Position numbers and translations under genes: made by a program
NCBI GenBank assembly: GCA_016935435.1
Contig: JAFGQZ010000026.1
Location: forward strand, 129,491-193,490
Source: Bacteroidales bacterium
Lineage (GTDB): Bacteria > Bacteroidota > Bacteroidia > Bacteroidales > UBA10428
Direction of reading: 5' to 3'
DNA length: 64,000 nt
In this document: positions 18,700 through 26,312 of the stretch, piece by piece
Layout: every line of letters starts with the position of its first letter
How positions within the stretch are numbered: position 1 is the stretch's first letter
Notes under the pieces: generated by a model
The model's input: only the letters and a program-made list of their open reading frames with translations
Database searches by the model: none
Told to the model about the DNA's origin: nothing

Positions 18700-19338
18700 A
18701 TGAAACCAATTATTGTAATGATATTGGCATTATTGCCGGCGGCTTTGTTTTCGCAGGACAACGATGAGTTTAAAACTATCTTTAGCGGACGCGAAATGGG
18801 TGGTTATGGCGCTTTTTCTTTAGGATACACAATTGTCGATACATCGCAATCGGCAATGTTTAGCGGCAGGGGCGGGGTTATTTTAGGCCATACTTTGGCA
18901 CTGGGCATTGGGGGTAGCAGTTTTATTACCGAATACCAGTACAATTCGAACCTCAATCTAAAAGGAAGCATGGCAGGTGGGTATGGTGGTTTTTTTCTAG
19001 AGCTTATTATAGCCGGTAAATCTCCTGTTCACCTGTCGGTACCCTGTCTGTTTGGTGTTGGGGGTGCTGCTTATACTACATGGGTTAACGAAGGTGAAGA
19101 TTACGAAAGGATTAACTATGTCGAAGATGTAACCACCTTTTTAATAATTGAACCCGGGGCCGAACTGGAATTCAACCTTACAAAGCACTTTCGTATGGCA
19201 GCTTTTGTGAATTACAGGTTAACCAGCAACCTTAACCTTACAGCAACAGGTTCGGGGGGAGAGACCATTAAGCTTGCAAGCCCTTCAGCCCTGAACGGGT
19301 ACTCGGCCGGGCTCATTTTTAAGTTTGGCATTTTTTAA
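18700..19338 (+). CDS. Gly-rich exported protein, putative outer-membrane beta-barrel
   Basis: The start is reset to the ATG at 18700, which gives signal peptide MKPIIVMILALLPAALFSQ. The C-terminus GLIFKFGIF is OMP-like. Confidence 0.45.
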   Translation: MKPIIVMILALLPAALFSQDNDEFKTIFSGREMGGYGAFSLGYTIVDTSQSAMFSGRGGVILGHTLALGIGGSSFITEYQYNSNLNLKGSMAGGYGGFFLELIIAGKSPVHLSVPCLFGVGGAAYTTWVNEGEDYERINYVEDVTTFLIIEPGAELEFNLTKHFRMAAFVNYRLTSNLNLTATGSGGETIKLASPSALNGYSAGLIFKFGIF

Positions 19339-19421
19339 CCTTTTTGGAATTTTCATAAAACTATCAGGCAAGGCAATTGTTTTTTAATTGTATGGAGCCG
19401 CATTTTCCCCGGGTTTATTAT

Positions 19422-19493
19422 ATGAAACTTCCATGAGTAAATAATCATTAACTCACACACGAAAATGATTATTTACGAATGGTAAGTTCCATC
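19422..19493. repeat. 72-bp quasi-palindromic intergenic element, copy 1
   Basis: The sequence is atgaaacttccatgagtaaataatcattaactcacacacgaaaatgattatttacgaatggtaagttccatc. Its reverse complement matches 43865-43936 at 69 of 72 positions. Confidence 0.9.
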
Positions 19494-19632
19494 AGACCAT
19501 TAAAAATTAAATTATAAACAGATGAAATCATATAAAATGCCGGTTAAATTGATTTGTTTGCCGATTTTTTATATTGAGTGTAGTATGTAAGGTATATTTT
19601 TAGCTTGTAATATTCGACTATTCTTTATTATT

Positions 19633-21978
19633 ATGCAGAGAACCACGACGCGCATTATTTTAGGTTTAATAATTTTTGTAGCAACACAGCCAGCTATTGC
19701 CCAGCAAAAATATGCTGTAAAAGGACGAATAACCGACGAGAAGGGAGAACCGCTTATTGGCGCCAACATAATTATTAAAGAACTAACACGTGGTACCGTT
19801 ACCGATGGAAATGGTACGTTTAACCTTGCCCTGGCCAAAGGAGAATATAACCTGAATATATCCTATGTAGGCTATGCCGGGCACAACATTAAACTTAAAC
19901 TCGACGGTGATAAGTCTGTCAACATAAAGCTTAAAGAAGATTCGAAATCTATCGAATCGGTGGAAGTGTATGCCGAAGCGCCAAACCATAATATTTCAAG
20001 AATGGAAATGAGCACCAATAAGCTTGAAATGAAACAGGTGCAAAAACTGCCGGTAGTTTTTGGCGAAGGCGACATAATTAAAACCCTGCAGTTGTTGCCG
20101 GGCGTTATTTCGGCAGGTGAAGCTTCTGGAGGTTTTCATGTAAGGGGCGGCAATGTCGATCAAAACCTTATACTTATCGATAACGCCCAGGTTTACAATG
20201 CATCACATTCTGTTGGTTTCTTTTCGGTATTTAACTCAAATGCCATCGACGATATTAAACTGTATAAAGGTGGTATTCCCTCAGAATTTGGCGGGCGTTT
20301 GTCATCGGTCCTCGACATTAAAACTGTCGATGGGAATATGACCGGGCTTGCTGGTGAGGCTAGCGTTGGGGTTATTTCGTCGAAATTGAAACTCGAAGGC
20401 CCCCTGGTTCCCAACCGGGTATCAATGTATGTTTCGGGGCGACGCACCTATGCCGATTTGTTCCTGCCCTTTGCCAAAGACAGCATGGCACGCGAAAGCA
20501 GTATTTTTTTCTACGACCTAAACAGCAAAATTAAAATTATTGCAGGCAAAAACGATCGTATAAACCTATCGGCATATTATGGGCGCGATGCCATGCTTTT
20601 AGGTTCGATTGTAGGGCAGAAATATGGCAACGAAGCATATACGGCACATTGGAACCATTTTTTCAACCCTTCCATATTTCTGAACACCTTTATCACATCG
20701 TCGGTTTACGATTATGAGATGAAATTCTCTGAAGATAGCAGCCATGTAAAAATACACACCAGTATTTTCGATTTATCGTTAAAATCTATCTTAACATATA
20801 AAATAAATGCCGACAACGAACTGCGCGCCGGAATAGAAGTTACCAGGCACGATTTTAACCCCGGCCATTTAAAAGGGCACCAGGCCGAAGCCGACTTTAA
20901 TTACAAATTGCCCAACACACTATCGTTCGAATACGGTTTTTTTGTCCAAAACCAACATTCTGTTACCCCGAGGCTTAGTTTTATTTATGGCCTGCGATAT
21001 TCAGTGTTCCATAATATTGGCAAAGGCGAGTCGTTTACTTACGATAAAACTAACCCCGACGATTATATTGCCCGCGATACTTCTTTTTTTGGTAAGGGCG
21101 AAATTTATAATTTCTTTCCAAAAGGTATCGAACCCCGCCTCTCCATGCGCTATATGATAAACGAATCGAGCTCGTTAAAAGCGGGTTACAACCGCATATA
21201 TCAATATATTCAACTGGCTTCGAACAGCACCTCATCGCTGCCACTTGAATATTGGTTTCCTTCGTCGCCAAACATAAAGCCGCAATTTGCCGATCAAATT
21301 GCCGCAGGTTATTTTAAAAACCTGGCCGACAATACTTTCGAGCTTTCCCTGGAAACTTTTTACAAAGACATTAAAAACACCATAGATTTTAAAGACCATG
21401 CCAACCTTATATTAAACAAGCAATACGAAGGTCAGGTGCGTTCTGGCCGCGCATGGGCCTATGGCGCCGAATTTATGGTACGCAAACAAAAAGGCAACTT
21501 TACAGGCTGGGTGAGCTACACTTATTCAAGGGTATTTAAACAAATTAAAGAAATAAACAATGGAGTGGCATACCCTGCATCGTACGATAAACCACACGAT
21601 ATTGCGGTGGTGCTTTCATACGATATAAACAAGAGGCTTAACCTGTCGGGGACCTGGGTTTATACCAGTGCCCCGCCGCGAACCATGCCGGTTAAAAAGT
21701 GGGAATATGCCGGTATGACCGGCCCTTCGTACGGACAACGGAACAGTATGAGGGTTTTTCCATATCACCGTATGGATTTGGCTGCAACTATACGTTTAAA
21801 TAAAATTGAACGACAATGGGAGCACTCGCTGAATATATCGGTTTATAATGCTTATGCCAACCATAATTATATTATGGTAAGCTTTTCCGAAGACCCGGAA
21901 AACAGAGGAAAAACAATTGTTGAGGGAACTTATCTATACACCTTTGTTCCTTCGGTTAGTTATCAGATAAGGTTCTGA
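19633..21978 (+). CDS. TonB-dependent receptor with N-terminal carboxypeptidase-regulatory-like domain
   Basis: The protein is 781 aa with a signal peptide. The CarbopepD_reg-like domain is KGRITDEKGEPLIGANIIIKELTRGTVTDGNGTFNL. A plug region (GDIIKTLQLLPGV, RGGNVDQNLILIDN) and a C-terminal barrel ending SYQIRF follow. Confidence 0.85.
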   Translation: MQRTTTRIILGLIIFVATQPAIAQQKYAVKGRITDEKGEPLIGANIIIKELTRGTVTDGNGTFNLALAKGEYNLNISYVGYAGHNIKLKLDGDKSVNIKLKEDSKSIESVEVYAEAPNHNISRMEMSTNKLEMKQVQKLPVVFGEGDIIKTLQLLPGVISAGEASGGFHVRGGNVDQNLILIDNAQVYNASHSVGFFSVFNSNAIDDIKLYKGGIPSEFGGRLSSVLDIKTVDGNMTGLAGEASVGVISSKLKLEGPLVPNRVSMYVSGRRTYADLFLPFAKDSMARESSIFFYDLNSKIKIIAGKNDRINLSAYYGRDAMLLGSIVGQKYGNEAYTAHWNHFFNPSIFLNTFITSSVYDYEMKFSEDSSHVKIHTSIFDLSLKSILTYKINADNELRAGIEVTRHDFNPGHLKGHQAEADFNYKLPNTLSFEYGFFVQNQHSVTPRLSFIYGLRYSVFHNIGKGESFTYDKTNPDDYIARDTSFFGKGEIYNFFPKGIEPRLSMRYMINESSSLKAGYNRIYQYIQLASNSTSSLPLEYWFPSSPNIKPQFADQIAAGYFKNLADNTFELSLETFYKDIKNTIDFKDHANLILNKQYEGQVRSGRAWAYGAEFMVRKQKGNFTGWVSYTYSRVFKQIKEINNGVAYPASYDKPHDIAVVLSYDINKRLNLSGTWVYTSAPPRTMPVKKWEYAGMTGPSYGQRNSMRVFPYHRMDLAATIRLNKIERQWEHSLNISVYNAYANHNYIMVSFSEDPENRGKTIVEGTYLYTFVPSVSYQIRF

Positions 21979-22076
21979 AAAAGAGCTTTATAGCTGGTTT
22001 GCTAATTAAGCTTTAGCTGCAATTAAAGAAAATTAAAGAATTAAAAATATTAAGTTGCTCAGGAAAATTAACCTTT

Positions 22077-23006
22077 ATGGCAAAAAAAACTACAGTAAAA
22101 TATATGACGGAATTTAAAAGCGCATGCAAGTTCATGACAGGCTTGATTGTGTTTCTGCCACTTTTCAGTTGCCAGGAAGAAATATACATTGATGCCCCTA
22201 AAAATTATCCGGACAAAATTGTTGTGGAAGGACGGGTTACAAACGAAAACAAAGCACATAGGTTGCGACTTACAACCACACTCGATTACTTCGATACAAA
22301 TTCTATTAAACCTGCGTCAATTAGCTATGCATACATTATAGAGCAAGGCTCTGGCAAAATTTATAACCTGAATCCCGAAGAAAATAACCCCGAGTTTTAT
22401 AGAACCGATGTATTTAAAGGAATTGTTGGCGAGCACTATATTCTTAATTTGCTTTTTAATGATGAGGAATACAGCGCCACAACCTACCTCGATACAGTAG
22501 CCGTAATGGATAGCCTGGGCTATGTTTATAAGTATATGTCGTACTGGGGCGGCGGGTATTATTTTATTCAGATGACTGCAACTGAACCCGAACCTGCCGG
22601 CCATATTTATATGTTCAATTTTTTCATTAACGATACCCTGTACAATAATGAATTGAGGCTTACCTCGTACCAGAACGATGAGCTTTTTAACGGCATGCGT
22701 ATGGAAAACCTCGATATTGCGGCAATTCCCCAGGAAGAAATTAAACTCGACACAAACATACTTCGTGTTGAAATGTTTTCAATAAGTTCGGGCGAATTTC
22801 ATTTCAACAATGCATTTCTGTCTGAAACCATGGGAAATGGCTCAATCTTCTCCGGCCCGCCGGCCGATGTGCCTTCAAATGTGAAAAACAAAAATTCCAA
22901 CAACCACGGGTTAGGCTACTTTGCTGCTTCATCGGTTGTAAGCAGGCAATTTATGTTAATAAAACAACACAACGAGGCGTTAAATAACCCCGATTACAGG
23001 AAATAA
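22077..23006 (+). CDS. DUF4249-family lipoprotein (usual partner of this TonB-receptor type)
   Basis: The protein is 309 aa with lipobox FLPLFSCQE, then PDKIVVEGRVTNENKAHRLRLTTT. The true start may be an internal ATG (22104 or 22134). Confidence 0.65.
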   Translation: MAKKTTVKYMTEFKSACKFMTGLIVFLPLFSCQEEIYIDAPKNYPDKIVVEGRVTNENKAHRLRLTTTLDYFDTNSIKPASISYAYIIEQGSGKIYNLNPEENNPEFYRTDVFKGIVGEHYILNLLFNDEEYSATTYLDTVAVMDSLGYVYKYMSYWGGGYYFIQMTATEPEPAGHIYMFNFFINDTLYNNELRLTSYQNDELFNGMRMENLDIAAIPQEEIKLDTNILRVEMFSISSGEFHFNNAFLSETMGNGSIFSGPPADVPSNVKNKNSNNHGLGYFAASSVVSRQFMLIKQHNEALNNPDYRK

Positions 23007-23029
23007 GCTAACTTTGCAGCAAAAACAAA

Positions 23030-23542
23030 ATGGCATTAATACGTTCGGTAAGGGGCTTTAACCCTGTTTTTGGCAACGACTGCTTTCTGGCCGAAACAGC
23101 TGTTGTTATTGGAGATGTTGTTATGGGCAACGAATGCAGCATTTGGTACGGGGCAGTTTTACGCGGTGATGTGAATTCGATTCGTATTGGCAACCGGGTA
23201 AACATACAAGATGGGGCTGTGCTGCATACCCTATATCAAAAATCGGTAGTTGAAATTGGCAATAATGTAACCATTGCACACAATGCCGTGGTACACGGAG
23301 CAAAAATTGCCGATAATGTTCTTATTGGTATTGGAGCTATTGTACTCGACCATGCCGAAATAGGCGAAAATTCAATTATTGCAGCCGGTTCGATAGTGCT
23401 AACCGGTACTAAAATAGAACCTGGTTCGATTTATGCCGGAAACCCTGCCAGGCGCATAAAAGACGTTAACGAAGAACAGGCAAAAACTATGATAGAAGGC
23501 ATCGCAAATAACTATAAAATGTACAGCGACTGGTACAAATAA
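23030..23542 (+). CDS. Gamma-carbonic-anhydrase-like hexapeptide-repeat protein (YrdA/PaaY family)
   Basis: The protein is 170 aa. It has left-handed beta-helix repeats and the family motif SIWYGAVLRGDVNSIRIGNRVNIQDGAVLH. Confidence 0.85.
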   Translation: MALIRSVRGFNPVFGNDCFLAETAVVIGDVVMGNECSIWYGAVLRGDVNSIRIGNRVNIQDGAVLHTLYQKSVVEIGNNVTIAHNAVVHGAKIADNVLIGIGAIVLDHAEIGENSIIAAGSIVLTGTKIEPGSIYAGNPARRIKDVNEEQAKTMIEGIANNYKMYSDWYK

Positions 23543-23725
23543 CGCCCACATTGCGACAGGCCTGCCCGATATACACATTAAATTAGGTGATACTCTTAAT
23601 TGTTTTTACGCGATTCCCTTATTTTTCGACTGTTTTATCGCTTGTATTTTATTTTTAATGAAATAGTTAGTAAACTTATTTGCAAAAATAAGTTAACTTA
23701 AAATCGATAAAATAACTGTAATGCC

Positions 23726-24220
23726 ATGAACAAGATTTTTAGCAAAGACGGCCGCCTGTTAATCCCTATTGCAGACCGCATTAAGGTTAAATCAACAAAA
23801 AAAGAAGAAGATGTCAGGTATATTGTCGATCATGCCTATTGCCCTAAGGGTTGCAGTATCATCGACCTTGAACACGAAATTAACGGTGTACCCGGTTTAC
23901 GTATCAGGTTTAAAAGGGAGGGTTCAGAAGGAGAGTTTGTAATTTCTGCAATAGAAGGCGATTTCGATAAAATTGTACTTTCGGGCGAGCTACGCGATGG
24001 GGTTAAGGACGAACTGTTCTGCCCTCATTGCAATACCCCTTTTAAAAAGCTGGTTAATTGTAACTGCCAGGCCGATGCCGATATGATTGTTGTTGGGCTT
24101 ACCCCAAAGCTCGACTACAACGAAGCCATTACTTTTTGCAATGTTACCGGTTGTTCTAACGGCACTTTTATTAAGTCGGGCGATGCTATAAGGCATGTAA
24201 GGCTGCTCGGCTCGCTTTAA
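23726..24220 (+). CDS. Hypothetical 8-cysteine protein (four Cys pairs), no signal peptide
   Basis: The protein is 164 aa. The Cys pairs are CPKGC, CPHC, CNC and CNVTGC. I recognise no family. It lies 77 nt upstream of the DUF362-like gene on the same strand. Confidence 0.5.
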   Translation: MNKIFSKDGRLLIPIADRIKVKSTKKEEDVRYIVDHAYCPKGCSIIDLEHEINGVPGLRIRFKREGSEGEFVISAIEGDFDKIVLSGELRDGVKDELFCPHCNTPFKKLVNCNCQADADMIVVGLTPKLDYNEAITFCNVTGCSNGTFIKSGDAIRHVRLLGSL

Positions 24221-24297
24221 TTGCTATCTTTGCACGAAGTAAATTACTTGGGCCTTTAAGCGCAATATTTACTCAATTTTTTATATAATTGGTAACT

Positions 24298-25833
24298 ATG
24301 GGAACAAAAAGTTTTTTCGCCCGGAGGCATAGTGCAAAAATTATTTTCTTTATAATGGGCATTGCCTCAACTATATGGTTTTTAGTTAGGGTTGTACCTA
24401 AACCGCAAAGGGCGGCTTATCCGTGTATGCGTGCAACAGCGCCTGTAATGTCGGGTTTTGTTATATATTTGCTGGCATTGGCAACTTCGGTGTTCGGTTT
24501 CAGAAGAACACGTAAAAACCTGCTCCAGGGCAAATATTTAGCCACTTTGTTGTTTTTTGTTGTTACCCTTGCAGGTGGCTTTGTTTTGCTCGAATATAAC
24601 GAAAACACTATTTTCGGCCGCTCATACAATTTCGATGATGTTGTTCCTAATCAACCTATTGGGGTTGAGCGTGGTATTCACCCTGGCCGCGTAGTTTGGG
24701 TACATAATCCGGGTGTTGCCAGTTGGGATGGCAGTACCGGTTTCTGGTGGGACGACAAATACACCTCACAGGAAGGGACAGGGAAAATGCTGCCCGCTGC
24801 CCTGCTTGAACTTACCGGCGAAAATAATTTGCCAGAGGCATGGAAAAGTTTATTTCGTTATTTTAACCAGAAAAAACACAATGTCAATGCCGGCTATCAG
24901 GAACATCAGAAAATTGCTATAAAAATAAACCAGAACAACACATACAGCCATGCCGATACTGAAGAACTAAACGCTTCCCCGCAGCTTACCCTGGAGTTAT
25001 TGCGCAGCCTTGTTTACCATGCAGGGGTGCCGCAGGAAAATATTACCATTTTCGATGCCAGCCGCTATATTACCGATTATATTTATAATAAATGCCATAG
25101 CGAGTTTCCACAAGTAAAATACGTTGATTACTCTGGTGGGAACGGCCGCATAAAAACCAGCTATATCGAAAATGCCATACCTTATTCAATTGATAACGGG
25201 GCACTGGCCAAAGGGCTGTCGGCCAGCGCAGTGGAAGCCGATTATATTATTAATATGGCTTTACTTAAAGGGCATGTCGGACAAGGGGTTACCTTATGCG
25301 CTAAAAATTGGTACGGGGTTACCAACATTTACGACGACTGGCGAAAAAATGCGCACAATAATTTCGACCAGGACAGGCAGGGCAAACCTAAGTACATGAC
25401 TTTTGTTGATTTTATGGGGCATAAAGATTTAGGGGAAAAAACTTTGTTGTTTTTAATTGATGGGCTTTACGGTTCAAAATCGGTTGCAGGGCCTCCTGCG
25501 CCAAAATGGAAAATGTTGCCCTTTAATGGCAATTGGCCGTGCAGCCTCTTTGCATCGCAAGATGGCGTTGCTATTGATGCCGTAGGCCTCGATTTCCTTC
25601 GCAACGAATGGCCCGATGCCCCCGATATGAAATATTCCGACCATTACCTTATTGAAGCTGCGCTGGCCGGCACCCCCCCTTCAAAAAGCATTTACGACCC
25701 GGAAAGGGACAGTGTTGGGTTAACCAGCCTTGGTGTAATGGAACATTGGAACAATGCTACTGAAAAAAAATACAGCCGAAATTTAGGGAAAAGCTATGGT
25801 ATTGAACTGATATACAAAAAGATTGAGGAATAG
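24298..25833 (+). CDS. DUF362-like protein with three N-terminal hydrophobic helices (paralog 1, no T9SS domain)
   Basis: The start is reset to the ATG at 24298. The N-terminus IFFIMGIASTIWFLVRVVPKPQRAAYPCMRATAP and the C-terminal block LTSLGVMEHWNN..KKYSRNLG are shared with ORF 57564..59453. The DUF362-like signature is MALLKGHVGQGVTLCAKNWYG. Confidence 0.6.
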   Translation: MGTKSFFARRHSAKIIFFIMGIASTIWFLVRVVPKPQRAAYPCMRATAPVMSGFVIYLLALATSVFGFRRTRKNLLQGKYLATLLFFVVTLAGGFVLLEYNENTIFGRSYNFDDVVPNQPIGVERGIHPGRVVWVHNPGVASWDGSTGFWWDDKYTSQEGTGKMLPAALLELTGENNLPEAWKSLFRYFNQKKHNVNAGYQEHQKIAIKINQNNTYSHADTEELNASPQLTLELLRSLVYHAGVPQENITIFDASRYITDYIYNKCHSEFPQVKYVDYSGGNGRIKTSYIENAIPYSIDNGALAKGLSASAVEADYIINMALLKGHVGQGVTLCAKNWYGVTNIYDDWRKNAHNNFDQDRQGKPKYMTFVDFMGHKDLGEKTLLFLIDGLYGSKSVAGPPAPKWKMLPFNGNWPCSLFASQDGVAIDAVGLDFLRNEWPDAPDMKYSDHYLIEAALAGTPPSKSIYDPERDSVGLTSLGVMEHWNNATEKKYSRNLGKSYGIELIYKKIEE

Positions 25834-26142
25834 GTCAGGCTTAATGAATTAGATTTCAGTGAAATGGCCACTATTAAGGCTTAATTTTAAAGCTCTAATT
25901 TGATAACATTAACTTCTAATAAATAGCGTAATATGAAGACAAGATTATTGTTTATTTAACATAATAATTATATTATTAAGTAGTTGTGCCTCTTATAATA
26001 AGCTAACTTATATTTTCCTTTTAAACATTCCCAAAGTTTCAACTCTGCCTATGTCAAATTGTCCCGTATTTTTTTTGTATTCTCAAAAATTTGAGGTTTT
26101 GCATTCTAAAACATTGTAAGATTATTATTTATGATCTTTAGC

Positions 26143-26312
26143 TTTTATTTAGCCCCTTTAGGGGGTTGGGGTTAATTTTGCATATCGCAAGGCTTCTCCC
26201 TGGCTTATTTACCCCTAAATCCCCTGGAGGGGACTTTGGGGACAAAAACTTTTATTTTGTATATAATCATACTGCTTTTATTTAAGCCCCTTTAGGGGTT
26301 TGGGGGTAAGAA
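26143..26312. repeat. Modular hairpin-repeat array downstream of FtsX permease 1
   Basis: There are two copies of module A (ttWagcccctttaggggKttggggKtaa, at 26148-26176 and 26283-26310). There is one copy of module B (ttacccctaaatcccctggaggggactttggggacaaaa, 26209-26247). A degenerate look-alike of the permease 3' end lies at 26174-26207. Confidence 0.85.
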
